The notes under the pieces were generated by a model. It was not told the origin of the DNA. It was given only the letters and a program-made list of their open reading frames with translations, and made no database searches. From Microthyrium microscopicum (Eukaryota), in the NCBI GenBank assembly GCA_010405405.1, contig MU004235.1, positions 324,538 through 388,537 of the forward strand: a stretch of DNA of 64,000 bases, in the 5' to 3' direction. The position numbers and the translations under genes were made by a program. Positions 1 to 13,532 of the stretch are shown in pieces. Every line of letters starts with the position of its first letter. Positions within the stretch are counted from its first letter, which is position 1.

Positions 1-386
1 AAAGCTCATGCGATATTGTTTGTCCTACCATATGATCTGTGATTGGGATGAGGAGGGTGGAAGAAACCAGAATCAAGCGCTAAAAGATTGGCAACTGCAC
101 ACGGCGAATATACGGTATACGCTAAGCGCTCGGGGACTAGCGTATTTTGCTCTTTCTCTTCATGTCCTGAAGAAGAAGTTCAGCCAACTACACCTGATAC
201 TCATTGACTTGAGTAGGCTCTACAATCAAGGTAAAGGACGTCTTCGACGGCTCCATCGACTAGAAATACAGTTAAGGATATGTAGGTTCTTAGGTACAAA
301 GGTATTGATTGATTAACCGCCATCTCGCCACCATCCACACGAGCAACTGTTCAAGGCGCGTGTCCTCCAGTTACCAGAGAGCTGTT

Positions 387-3300
387 TCACGACATGCCCA
401 CACTTTGATATGCATCAGGAAGCACAGAACGTATCGGGCTATCAGCAGGAAGTTTCCTGCGTTGCCAGACCTGATCCATTCTATGACCTGAATCTGCATT
501 ATCGCCACCAGTAAAAACACCTTTTCCAAGTCCATCGAACCGCAAATTCCAGGTGACTGGACTGGGAAGGAGTTCACCCCACTGGACATCGGTATAGCGT
601 ACTAGACCATCCGGCGTGTGCACACGTCGAAGTCGACCAAGCTTGTCGTGGGCCACGCGAAGGTTCTTCCACTGAGCCGTGCTTTTGAGAAGACAAGTGA
701 GAGCAATGATGCTGAGTTCCTGTCCGATGATGCCTGGTCGTCGAGGACCGTCATATGAACCCAAGTTCAAGTAGTATCCTTGAGGGCGGCCGAGAATGAA
801 ATCATTCTGTTCAGGATAAGATTGGGAAGACTGAGTTTGTATGAGTGAAATGTCTTTGACAAGGATTATCGACACTCACAATATCCAATACAATCGTGTC
901 TCCAACGGAAACATCCACCATCTCTTCAATTACTTTACCATCCACGATTTTGGTGCTCTTCAGCTGAACAGCCTTTACCTTCTCATCTTTCGGGCTGAAT
1001 ATACGGAGTAATTGAACCTCATGGAAGCGCTGCGCCTCCAGCGCGTATCTTTCAACATCATCATAGACGTCATCTTTGACAATCACCCTTGTGCCAGCCT
1101 CGTTAAGCTTGGAATCAGCCCAGACAATGTCTTGAAGCTTTCGCCATTGCTCAGTTGGTCCATCTTGGTCCACACTCTTGTTCTTACGACTCTTTGGATC
1201 GATAAAGTAAGCAAGCGCTTCGGTAAACGTAGTGACAGTCGATACGCCAGTGCCAAGGACTTGTGCCAGGAGGATTGCAGCAATTTGTTGAGTTGAAAAG
1301 CCACCTTGACCACTGAGAGCATGGACGAGAGAGGCTCCAAGCCTTCTCACATTCTGAACATAGTCTGGGTCACCAGTCACAGCACGCTCGAGCTGCAAGA
1401 TATAGCTTCCGATGACACCTTTTCCAAGGATTGTGGTTTGGTATCTGGCGACGCCCTTCTTGGTGAGTTTTATTAAGAATTGCAAAGACTCTTTGAATGC
1501 ATGCCTCAATTTCCACAGCCGAGCCGGATCAGAATCTTGCGAGCTAAAGCGTTGACAATTGCTCAAGTGCAAATAGATGTCGTTCTCGTCGTATGGTCTT
1601 TCGAGGTGCTGTTCAGTCTTGATCGACTCCCAAAACCCCAAAAAGTCGGCAAAGAAACGGGTGATTAGCGGGATCGCAAAGTCCTTTACCACGTCAATTT
1701 GGTAAATCTGATCGCCATTTGCTTTCTTCTGAAACTTTCGTTGTTCGCGCAATCGTATGTTATTTGCGAGTCCGTCGAAGTATTGGGAGACGCTCTTTCC
1801 CCAGTCCGAAGGGAGAGATTTCCGAATAATGCCATCGGCGACCGACTGAGGAGCCCAATCGCCGGCAATAATGGCTCGAAGTGTTTCATGAGAGATGTCG
1901 CCTGGCTCGATTTCACTTAGTTTAGCCCAATCTGGTGCTGTGGTACCATCAAGTATTTCTTTGATGACATCGTAGTCCGCGATTGTGACAGGAGCTTTCG
2001 GGCGAGGAGCAGCCTCATTGCCTCGCCACTCAAGGTCGAACCATGAATCACGAATAGCCATAGTTCGCCGAATCTTGCGTGGAGTCTCTTTAACATCAGA
2101 GCTGCACGCTTGTGAAAAGAAACCAAGCGGAACATGACCGTTTTCCACTACCCATGGCGCACCGAGCTGATCTTCTAATCCTGAAAGATCCAGCTGATTG
2201 ATGTAGCCCTGTTGTTCGGCGAGAATAGCATTCATAGTTGGCGTATAGAAAGGCTGCCACAAGTGCAGAGAGTTGTATTCAAAATAGTCTGGCAAAGCTC
2301 GAGCGAAGAGTTGATTGATGATTGATCCCTTGTTCACCTTTGGATCAGACTGAACTTCATTGAAGCCCCAAGCAGTGTAAGAATCAACGTTCCAGTCAAT
2401 TGTATAGAACCTATCTGATCTGATAAGTGTCACAGCATCAGAGAAGATTGCTCGCCAAAGTGCTGAATCTCCACCAGGACAGGATGTGCCGGGGTCTATG
2501 TTCTGGCCGTTGCCTTCAAGCATAACTCCTGGGTATAACTCAACCATGTCTGGATCCTCATACAAGTCACGAAGCCTGTTCTGGATGTCTGGGTCGCTGT
2601 TCATGTCTGCAAAGTCATTGTGCCGCGACATTCCAAAAAACTCACGGAACTCGTTGAGGCTAGTCATTTCCCACTTGCGTGCTTGCAGTATTCCCAGGAT
2701 TTCGATCGCTTTAAGTACCTTTGGGATATTGCCGCCGAAATGGACAATTGGATCCTCGATAGCTCGAGTCAACTCAGCCGCCATTTGAGCATCGTCAAAA
2801 TAGCCGTGTTCATCTCGCCTGAACCAGCCTCCGTACTCCGGGTCACCAACCGGATCGAGTGTTTCCGGAAACCATGGACGCCCCATCTTCGGAGGCATGC
2901 TGGCTTGCTTGTCCTTCAATTCACCAAACATCTTTTGCAAAGAATGTAAGGGAATTTCACCGTCAATAGCCATTTTTGTTGTTATTCGTTCGCCCTTGGC
3001 CATTTGTTCCTCTGTAGCATTGTCATCGATGATGTTTCCCATCCTTAAAAGTCCGACCATTAAGCCTTCAGCCCATTTTGCATCTCTATTCGAGATAGGG
3101 CCGTGAAAGCGGTACAGTAGGTTGAATTCTGCCGAGACCATGTTTCCTTCACCACGTTGTAGCCCATGCTTGTCATTCTCCGCAGGATATGAACGATTAG
3201 GGTCCAACGTCCAAGCTGTATTCTTTGGATGCAGACCCATCAAACATCTCAGATAATCGTGCACCGATATTTGCATATAAAATCCACAAGTAACCAAACG

Positions 3301-4225
3301 GGCGGTCTGAAACAAATCCTCGTCTTGTTGCTTGATGGCATTTGAGCGCCAATCGTCAAGCTCTTGTCCCACGATTTCTTTCGCTGGCCGTGGAAGAGAA
3401 AATCGGCCATTCTCATTGATTTCGAGGAGCTGCTTCGCAACATAGTTGTGGAATCGATTGTACATAACGATATAGAGGCAGACACCTGGAGGTTGTCTGA
3501 GAAGGCGCTCCTCGGCAAATGTATCAGGCTTGAGTAGGCCGAGCTTCATCTGACGGACTTCAAGCTGCTCTTGCTGATTACTTCCGTATAGGGGTGATAG
3601 CTCGAGGTACGAGGAAGTCACAGATTTGTTTGCATCCTCGTCGTCAGTTCGAAAGATGTCTAATCTCATTAGGCAGGAAGAGACACTGGAACATAGGTAC
3701 CATACCATGAATGATCAAAGATGCATGATAGAGCAAGAAACTTGACATGCCACTTGGGCTCTCCACGGATTTCTCATTTCTCGCCAGAAGCAGGTCAAAA
3801 ATATCTCCCGGATCAGGTTTTGCTCCATGGCGAGCGCGCGTTGGTTGGACGGTCTTCGCATAAGGCGAGCCAGCTTTGCCTAGATCCGGATACATGATAT
3901 TGTTGTATGATCCATCAGCCGTTCGAAATCGAAACTTGTTACCATGGTAGCTTAGGGGAGGATGTAACATTGATCCCCATAATTCGGTGACCATTTTTTG
4001 GGTTATCGCTCGACTTAAAGGGTCGTCGATGTCAAGCTCAGCGGCAACGTCTCTGGCCGCCGTAGTTTTTCCTACGAACGGATAATGGATGAGACCTTTC
4101 AGAGCTGCGACGGCATCTCCCCCGACGTTGGAGTACCACGCACGATCTGATGGTGGACCATGTAATGTCTGGTCATTGTGAAAGTTGAAGCGACCATCCT
4201 CGCCCTTGGAGAACAGAGACGTCAT
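387..4225 (-). CDS. Fatty-acid heme dioxygenase (linoleate diol synthase/Ppo family) with degenerate C-terminal P450-like domain; ~3 exons
   Basis: Joins ORFs 3644..4327, 811..3708 and 387..875 via introns (3705-3660 gives IIH|DIFRTD; ~877-812). Motifs: LHPPLSY, FRTADGSYNN, distal His IIHDIFRTD, YLELSPLYG, EFNLLYRFH (radical Tyr/proximal His), QARKW..SLNEFR, ELYPG, SDRFYT; ExxR (LEAQR) in the C-terminal part. Confidence 0.88.
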
Positions 4226-5049
4226 GTCGATGTGAGTGCGAGTAATGAATAAGGCGACTAGTTCAAAGATTTGTTGATCAAATAGATGGAGGAAGAAGAG
4301 ATGACTGGTCAATGGTCTCTCACTCAAGCGATTAGAAGGAAGGGTATGTAATCATCGGATGCGGAAAGAGCAAACGCATGGAAAACTTAGACCTGTGCAG
4401 ACCATTGATGTAAAGACCAGAGCTTCGGTGAGGATTTGTCCTTCTGTGTTCTGAGTGCCCCCAAGGCCAGTGCTTGTTGTCTTCATTTTGATTGCATCTT
4501 TCTTGGTAGCTCCTCAGTCTTTTGCAGCAGTATGGAGTAATAATAGTGAGGACTATGAACTTAGATAGGCAGATCATTACTGGCTGCTTATTATTTACGC
4601 CGTACGGAATGCCTCACCTTCTTGGAACACAATGACTGCGAGGAAAAAAAGTCAAAGTGGTCTCCAGTACTGGCGTAGTATGAGGATCCCAGAATGTGTC
4701 GATTGTGTCACAATCCAGTTTCTCGGCGTTGCGTTTGTTACAATTCGCCTCGTGTCCAGGCATGTAGCTGCAAAAAGCAATTTCCTGCGAGGATTCGGCA
4801 TAAGAAAAGAGCGATACAGGTTCGAAATCGGGAAACTCGCCAAAGCTAATTGTCGGGCACCGAGATTTTACGCATTATCTTCAACATTTGTCTAGCTGCA
4901 GAATCTCTGATGTGAAAGTTTAGTACACACCAGTAGTTAACAACTGACTTTCAGCAGACCGACGTTATACTAGCGTCGATGTTGCTGGAGCGTACAATTC
5001 GCATACCATTTCTTGCTTGGTGGGCATACCAAAACTCGAAGTACGCATA

Positions 5050-5712
5050 CTAAAAATCGAATAAGTCATCGATAGCGCTCTTTGTCCTTTTCTTCTTCTT
5101 CTTGATAGATTTTGTGTCCTTGTTGTCTTCTGCTCTTGTGTTTGCCTCCAAGGCCTCGACAGATACTGGCTTTTCGGCAACATTCTTCCCATGAAGCGAC
5201 ACAGCCGTCCGTTCTACCACCATTCCCAGATCATCGCCATCGTCTCGCGCATCTCCATCTTTTGGCTCCGTTAAATTGACTGGTATCGTGCTCGCTATCG
5301 CTAAAGCGTCATCTGCAAGCTTCTCACTAACGCCGACTAGCGTACAAACTCTTGCGAAGATGGCTAGAATGGTGAGGGCTACCCCCACAAAGCGACTCTC
5401 AGAAATAATCTGGCTGAAGGAGGCATACCATTGTGCGACATAGCGTTGCGCCCAGGAGTCTACTACGCTACGACCCTGTTTACCAAACTTGATGGGAATG
5501 GTCGCCGCAGGGGATTTGCCAGAAGGCGGCAGTTTGCTGCACAAGGAGCTCAGTTGACGACGGAAAATGTTGAAATGCTTCCACCAGTGTGAGCGGCGAT
5601 GCTGATTTTTGTTGCGCCGGTAGAGGAGGAACGTGAGGTTGGAGAGATCCTGGAGCTCTTGGCTGGGTGACCGCGGAGGCATTTTAGTCGCAGCTTTTGG
5701 AGGTTCTGCCAT
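5050..5712 (-). CDS. RMP1: RNase MRP protein subunit Rmp1-like
   Basis: Single-exon 220 aa ORF with the characteristic RRNKNQHRRSHWWK motif and a Lys-rich C-terminus ending AIDDLF. Confidence 0.8.
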   Translation of the reverse strand: MAEPPKAATKMPPRSPSQELQDLSNLTFLLYRRNKNQHRRSHWWKHFNIFRRQLSSLCSKLPPSGKSPAATIPIKFGKQGRSVVDSWAQRYVAQWYASFSQIISESRFVGVALTILAIFARVCTLVGVSEKLADDALAIASTIPVNLTEPKDGDARDDGDDLGMVVERTAVSLHGKNVAEKPVSVEALEANTRAEDNKDTKSIKKKKKRTKSAIDDLFDF

Positions 5713-5950
5713 CTCCCATTATTTTTGGACCATCATGGCAACGCTGCTGTAAGCTTCCAATGTTGCGAGTTTCCATTCCAGCTGGTTGTAAGAGTTTGCG
5801 TAGGATGAAGTTGGACAATATTTCTGTCTCTGGCAATATAAGTGGCTAGTGGAATCTCACGTGTGTGGCGTTTTCAATTGAGTTTCAAAAAAGTCAACGC
5901 CAGAGATGACATCTCGATTTGCCAACTCATCACGAAATTCCAAATCAGCT

Positions 5951-6942
5951 ATGGCAGTACCAAGCTTAAGGACGGCTCTGTTGAGATCGTCGCATCGAAT
6001 AAAAGTATAGCTTCCTATCCTATGCGCGCGTTTCATCGCTGACCTCTACAGCTCTCCCCAAACACCAACATTCTCCGACCAAGGATACAAACAGCTGGCT
6101 TAGCAGACATCAAAGACAGCCTCACAACTTCCAATGGCACCACAACCTACGAAGACGATATTGGCTCCATTACCATAACCGAAGCAGACCAAGTCAACCC
6201 CAACAAACAAAAACTCGACGACCTCCCCGAGTAAGTCATCATCAGGTCTTACTTCTTCTTAACGAATACTAATCCGTCCAGCATCCTCGCCAATCCCAAT
6301 CTTACACCCGCTCAACGCGATCTCCTCGGCCGCGCCCGCATCCCCAAGTCCCTTCAAGCCATGTACAACAAGCCACTCAAACGTAAACCTACCCATGGCA
6401 TACCTGTCTGCAACCTACAGATTCGTTCCTTCAGCGTTCGCAATCTCGAACTCCAAGCCGACTTTGCCCTGCGCGCCGCCTACTACCTTGGTCTGCCCGC
6501 GAAAGGTCCAGTCCCACTACCACATATCACAGAGCGCTGGACTGTCCCGCGGTCCAATTTCGTGCACAAGAAGAGTCAAGAGAACTTTGAGCGAGTGACG
6601 GTGCGGCGGCTGATACAGATACAAGATGGCGACTCGGAAGTCGTACAGTGCTGGCTGGGATATCTACGACAGCGATCGTATCATGGCGTGGGCATGAAGG
6701 CACTGTTGTGGGAAAATGAGGGACTTGGCGTAGGCAAGAGGATGGACGAAGAGGCGGGTGTGGCAGACGCTGGACTTGAGACAGAGTGGGGTAATTTTGG
6801 TATGAGGATGAATGTGAAGACGGCGGAGATGGTGGAAGAGCTGCTGGGCAGTGAGGCATACGAGAAGCCGAAGCGATGGATGGAAGGCTTCTGGAGGGAA
6901 CCGATTGAGGTCGCGAGGAAGCCCAATACCAGTTCGAAATAG
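5951..6942 (+). CDS. RSM10: Mitochondrial ribosomal protein S10 (uS10m)
   Basis: S10 core LQIRSFSVRNL..ADFALRAAYYLGLPAKGPVPLP..ERWTVPRSNFVHKKSQENFER. ATG 5951 starts an Arg/Ser-rich presequence (MAVPSLRTALLRSSHR). Introns ~6005-6050 and ~6230-6282. Confidence 0.88.
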
Positions 6943-7424
6943 GTGTCGGGTGAAGAATTGCTATGTGTATTATATGAGATGTATATACCTCACCTTTGCA
7001 CACACTTCACATGCGCTGAGAAGCATTTGCTTGACAGACCAGTTGGCATGCCCCCAATCAACTAAGATATTTACCATGATCATATGAAGAGTGTGGCCTC
7101 TACTTCCCATCACAATCGATGTCAACTCGAGTTTTCGCGTATGGGAATAGGATACGATTAGCAGAGAGCACACTCCACCTCCCGTAATGGTTGATAACTC
7201 ACCGAAACTCCTTCGTAATCGCTAGGAAATAAGACACTCGTAAGCAACGCGTAGCAGACGCGAGCCAACGAAGCAGAAGGAGGCACACTACTTTTCTTTC
7301 TCTATCGATTGAGATCAATAATCACATTTAGAAGATTTAGTTCATCGGTTTTTACCATTATACAATTCCTAACCTGCGCGCCGCGCTCTGGGTATCTACT
7401 TCATGCTTCGTCAAATCATGCTTC

Positions 7425-10400
7425 TTATAATGCCAGATCGTATAGATCGATCCAGCCTGTGCGAAAATTGAATATCACCGCTTTCTGACATGCACCATTC
7501 TCCAGGTACTCACCACGAAACTTGTCTAACATCGCGCGAATCTGTTGTATGTAATCTCGATCATTTGCGGGCGCCGATTGTATCGCTCGGCGCCATGAAT
7601 CGGGATCACCCAGCTGCGAAGCACGTACAGCCTCCAGAATTGCATCGCTGGTCTCCACCCCTACATAAGGCGGATTGGCATACGACGCGAGAAACTCTTG
7701 ATAGCGTAATAGTCCCGCTTCCATCAGGCTGTTGCGGTTGGTCTTTTTGCCTTTGTGTTGGGCAAATATTAGCTGGAAGTTGGTACGCTTGTCTGAACTC
7801 GCGTAGCCAGAATCAACATTGCCTGCCAACGCTGACAAAGGCCGATGAGCTACACGTGTCGACTGACCTTCGCGTTGGTCACGCTCGCGAATTTCCGTGC
7901 GGAGGTGTGGAATGAGATTTTCGATGCTCACGTCTACATCTTGGCCAGTGATGAACGACCTGACCTTGAGATCAGAGCGGGCAAAGGCAGTGTCTTGCTT
8001 GATCATGACAATCCAAGAAAACGGGTCATCGTGGTATCGAGTGGTAAGTTCTTTGAGCGAATCAGCATCCTTCGCCAGTTCTGCGCTGATGCCGTGACTC
8101 CAAAGGTCTTTGACGACGCTCATAGCTGCGGAACGAAGAGTTTTGGCATCAAACGATGCGACGAGAACGGAGCCTCGCCTCATGGGCCATATTTCCTTCG
8201 CTGCATTGTTGGTTTTCGTCTTTTTTAAGAATTTGCTAGACTTTGTAGCTCCTTTTTGATGTTTCACCATTGAAGACATTAGTCGTTCCCAACTGAGGCT
8301 GAAGCCAACTGCATGACATCCAGTAAAAGCAGCATTGCCATGGCGTGGTCGATTATCCTCAATCAAACGATCATATCTGCCACCAGCAGCAAGAACAGTG
8401 CGTTTTTTGGAGTCGTAAAGACACTGGAAGAGGATTCCATCCTGGTAAAACTTTTCTTTGTAGCAGCTCAAAGGGCAAATATAAACCTTCGACTGTACAC
8501 CGTAATTCTTCATAAACTTCACGACAGCTTGAAGATGAGCAAAAGTAGGCTTCAGACGTTCACGTTGATCGGCACTGCCCATAATGCTCTGGACCTTGGT
8601 GAGAGCCTTGTCATGTGTCTCACGCCAGTCGAATTTGGCTAAATCGTCGAGAGATGTGGACGTGATACCTAAACTCGGTGCACGAAGTTCATTTCGTAGC
8701 CGCTGCCAGGTATTGTCATTGACGTTCAAATTGCTCAAAACCTCTTTGACACTTGTTCGTTGATGTACTGGGATGCGGCAGTGTTCCAAAATGAGTTCCA
8801 AGAGCGCCGAGTGATTGAGATGTAAACACATCTGCCCAGGCGAGAAGCATGGAAGTTCGTGAACTACCTCATCGAGGACTTTGATGACTTCTGATTCTCT
8901 CATTGCCAGATCAAGAGCATCGGTAGAAACAAAGTCAAAATCGACCTCACCCTTTGCAAGGGGTTCACCGCCATTTTTAGAGTCACGAAACACTGTACCA
9001 ATGGTATATGTCTTTTCGGCTCCGGGGAAAGTTCGAGCAACTTTTCGAGCGTTTGGTAGAGTCAAATCGAAGGGCAACTGGGCAACAGTTCCAGTGGAAG
9101 TTAGAACGTGAACCGCCTGCTCAGTTGTATATAAACGCGACCGAGGGAAAAGGATTGGACGCTGGGTTTCTATCGCACAATGCTTTTTGAAAATTTCTGC
9201 TAGGCGGTCCTTTGTCATGGAAGAAACCAACATGAGGATAGGCTCATCCTTGGTACGACTCGGCGATGCCGCGTCCCAAGCAAGATCTTGAACATCTTGG
9301 TCAGCCTGGTCCACAGAGAACACAGATTCTATCATGTTATGATAGTAGGGTGATGCTCGATCGCGGAGGCCTAGCAAGGCTTGTTGCAAAGCTTCATCCT
9401 TAACCTTGATAGGTATTTTACCGCTGTGCAAGAGTTCGTAGCTCGAAGGACGCTTGCTAGGCTGATGAACCAAAAGTGATTCCAGGATATCCCGCATAGC
9501 CGACTTCTCTGGGGTTTCAAAGTCGTCAGGCAATACGACCCCCTTGGCTCTAATATCGCCCATGACCTTTGCTCGTTCCATACCAGTAGTCAACGGGTAG
9601 CACATCTCAAAGAATATGATTCCAAGAGAATACATATCGACTTTTGTGCTGTAGTCGCCAGAGGAGCTGGATTTGACTTCTGGCGCAACATAGAAGGCAG
9701 TTCCAACGCTTCGAGTCATATCGTTGTCGGCCACATTGTTAGTATGACCTTTTCCGGGCGAATCAAATTGTCCGCTGATTGCGAGACCAAAGTCGCCAAT
9801 TTTGGGGTTGTTCAACTGGTCAATAAAGATATTGGCGGGCTTGAGATCGCGGTGAATGATTCCTAGACTATGAATGTGTGCCAGCCCGTCCACAATTTGG
9901 TGGAATAGTCGCCATATGTTATCGGGCTCATCGTTGAGACCTTTACGAATCAAGTCAAGGAGAGTGTGTCGCTCGCAATATTCCATCTGGATGTACAAGG
10001 TTGTTTTCATTGGCTCTCGCATGGAACGGGAGCTCGATATGGTTCGCTGTTTAGCTAGCTTTCTGCGCGTTGAAGAGGTTTCTGAAGAAAGATCCTCAGA
10101 TCCATTTTCGCTTCCAGTAATCACAGCGCTTTCGTCTTCCTGGTCGTCAAGTTCTGTTTGCTCATCATCCTCTTCAGAGTCGGAAGAGGAATCTGATCCA
10201 AATGCAATGTTTGCAGGACCCGAGCTAACAAAATCAAGACCTCTCGTACTATGGCCGAAAGTGAAATTATCTTCCTCAGTAGAAAGAATTGCTTGCGAAG
10301 TCTGATCTTCTGAGGAAGCATTCTTAGTGCCTCCATCTTCGTCAAACGAGTCATCGAACCAAGCAGTCCAGTAGCGCACCACATTCTGATGGTCAATTCT

Positions 10401-12741
10401 TGAAAGTAGCTTAACTTCCGAGAGTAGTTGAGTAAAGGCGTCGCGAGCGGGAGCCTCGATTTTCTTGATCGCATATGTTTGACCATCAAGCTTGTGACGA
10501 GCCTTCACAACTTCGCCAAAGCCTCCTTTTCCCAGTCTACCCAGATAATCAAACTCTCTTTCAAAGCGAGACGATCCTATTCGAATACTAGAGAGTCTTC
10601 TTCTTCGAGGCTGCATGTCAAATATCGCTGGAGCAAATCCGGAGCTCTTGGATGGAACATCTACAGCGTAAACTGCCACATCAGTTCTCAAAAACTCGTT
10701 GGAAGAGAGATCAAAAGCTGTCGGCCGCTTTTTTGAATCGACTTTGAAAAATGCGTGGGTTATGATTTTCAATGGGTCCGAGAGCTTCAACTGGGAGCTC
10801 AGCATTGATGGTCCATTAAACCGCTCAGGTACATCCAAGCCAAAGAGCATTTGGACGAATAATATACCGAGATCCCAAATATCCGACTTCTTGATAGGTT
10901 TGCCATCATTTTGAAGTTCTGGAGCTTGCCAATAAACGGCTCGCGCTGAAGAAGCACTGGACTTGTTTCGCAAATCGTGCAGTGCTTTCTGGAAACCCGC
11001 GTCGGCAAGCTTCAGGGTTTGTGAACCGCCGTCACCGCGTTCGAAGAGAACGTTTTTGGAATGAAGGTCTCCATGCACAATGCCGTGTTTGTGGTAAAAC
11101 TCTAGAGCGCCAAGAAGGTCGATAGTCCATGATTTCACCCGTTTCGGGTATATCACATCTTGTTCTTGAAGCTTCTCCCACAGAGTGTCTTGGCGAGCAT
11201 GCTCTGTCAAAACCAAAACGTCCCAGCCCAGATCGGTAGAATCGATTCTGAAGTCTAGCATTCGGATGCAGTTTACGTGTATTGGAAGTCGACGAACACT
11301 TTCTAGTAATTCCTCCAGAAGCAGGATCTTCTTCTTCTCTTCAGCAGATACTAGATTAAGAAAGCATTGTTTCAATATCAGCTGACATGGCGATGCTACC
11401 TTGCCAGGTGTAGGGACTTCTGCTATTGGAAGGACTGTTTGGATGCTTGTGACAGGCCCATCAGCGAGTTGAGCAAAGCCGTTGACCGCGAAGAAGGAAA
11501 TATCAATCCCTTCTTTCTGCAAATGGACAATACGATCAAACGTAAGGAAGCGACCAGCCGCTTGGGTGTGGTCGCTCATCAGGTCAAACCTACTAGAATT
11601 AGTATAAGCTAGTAATTCCAAACCAAAACAAGCATTGAAAAATATCAAACTGAAGCCTTTGGGCAAAATCGCAAAGCATGCCATGGCAGCCATCGCATTC
11701 AGTGGGAGCCATCGAATGCGATGGTGACCATCGGATGTTATAAATTTATTGGACATCATCAAAAGTAGAATTTGACACAGTCTTACCTCGATCTCCGGCG
11801 AGGTTCATGCGTCTGTTTGCGACGTGCCATCTCTTCCGCTACCATGCGCTGAACATTCTGATCTTCTTCCGCTTGAGCTTGTGCATGTTTTTCTTGTTCT
11901 TTAAGCTCTTGTTCTTTCGCAGCTTTAAATGCAGCCGCCTAAAGATGTGTTAGTATAACATTCTCATAACAAGCCATGGGGCCCGTCGAGAGTGGTGGGA
12001 GCCAGTAGTCGTCAGATGCTATTATGAAGAAATGCAAGAAGCTTCAGGGTGCGTTCAGAAGTCTGAATGCATTTGAGGAAAGCCAACAAAGTTCGAGAGG
12101 ACAACGGCACTCAACCAGAAATGCATTCTGTAATGGCCATCGAACGCAGTGGCAGCCACCCAGTGTTTTGGGATTGTTGATCATCATCCTGAGATGCGTT
12201 CTGGCAGGCAAGATCTTACCTCGTATTCAGCGCGTTCCTCTTCCAGCGAGGTCAAGGTTTCTCCATGGGCCTTGTGATGTGCTTCATTGTCCAGCATTCC
12301 TTGCACGGCGAAAGCAATTTCGTATATCATCACATCGCCAAGTCGAAGATCTACGTCTGTCGCAATCGTTTGCATGACCAGCTTCAAAGTTTTGTCCCGA
12401 ACCCCAGTAGACGACTCGATGGTGATGATCGGAGGCGATTTTGGATAAGTGAGTGTGAATTTGACGAAAAGAACCAGCCTTATTTCCTCATCAGGATCTG
12501 ACTTCAAATGGATTTTGAAGGTTGGCTCTTGGCTCGAATTCCATGCTCCTTTTTGCTCTACTCTTTCAAATTGATCGAAGTAGATTCCCTCTAGAGCCAC
12601 AAGTTCTTCGGACTGAAGTTGGGCATAATCGGTCACCCGGGTTTTACTCTTGACTGCAGTTGTGGTCGCATTATGGAGGGGAGCATCTGACGCGGCTTCG
12701 GTTTCTTTACGATTGACTGCCTTTTTGTTCTTTTTGGCCAT
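7425..12741 (-). CDS. GCN2: eIF2-alpha kinase Gcn2 (RWD, pseudokinase, kinase, HisRS-like domains); 3 exons
   Basis: RWD (YPKSPP) in 12220-12741; exon 11787-11938; large exon <=11592 with GKGGFGEV, YIQMEYC, HRDLKPAN, KIGDFGLA and HisRS-like LPFDLT/AAGGRYD. Introns 12219-11939 and 11786-11593/11590. Confidence 0.96.
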
Positions 12742-13532
12742 GTTTCAAGGACGAGAGAAATTGCTGAAAACCTGATAGTGGAATTTCAAGTTCCTGTTCG
12801 CCGTGACTGTTATACAGTACGCCAAAGACTCGAGGTGTTCCCATCGATGAAGGTTAAGGCTTCCTCGTGTTACACGTCTCATCGAGGTCCCCTTTTTTCA
12901 TGGAAGGCGATGTTAGCGGCTTGAACGATTTCAGACTTGATGCCTGGGAACACTTCAGACGGTGAACACAGTCATTGGGTATTGTTGAGGTTGTCCATTG
13001 GCGGCTGCTTACAGCGTCGAGGCTGCAGTGAGCACTGAGCTAAACCAAATATGGCATCTAATACAGCACGTGTTGGCGCGCTTCGTTTCCTATTTTGCTT
13101 TGGGAAGTCGCGACACCAAACAATTGCAACCACCACTAACCACCACTCATACCAGTCACAACTTACTTTGGGATCCATTGTAATCTTCCTCTCCTACCTA
13201 TCGCCTTCCTGGATCTGCAAATACTTTCACGTGTCACCATCTCGACAATTGACTCGCCTTGCAGCCTTGAACGTGCTCTGTTTACCTGTCAAGAGCATAG
13301 TAAACAAACCTCAACCGCTCAATCGAAAAACATTGCGGAGCTGCAAATCAACAACACAATCGAGGACTCCCTTTCTATTTCTTGACTTGGCTCTGGAAGT
13401 TACACAAGTCGAGTGTATGGGCATAATCTGAAACCTAAACAAGGGGGAGGCAGTTGCAGTCCTCCATCAGGACTTCCACCCCCGCGCTTCACCCTATTCA
13501 AACGGCTATCGTTATTCCTACAATCATCTGAC

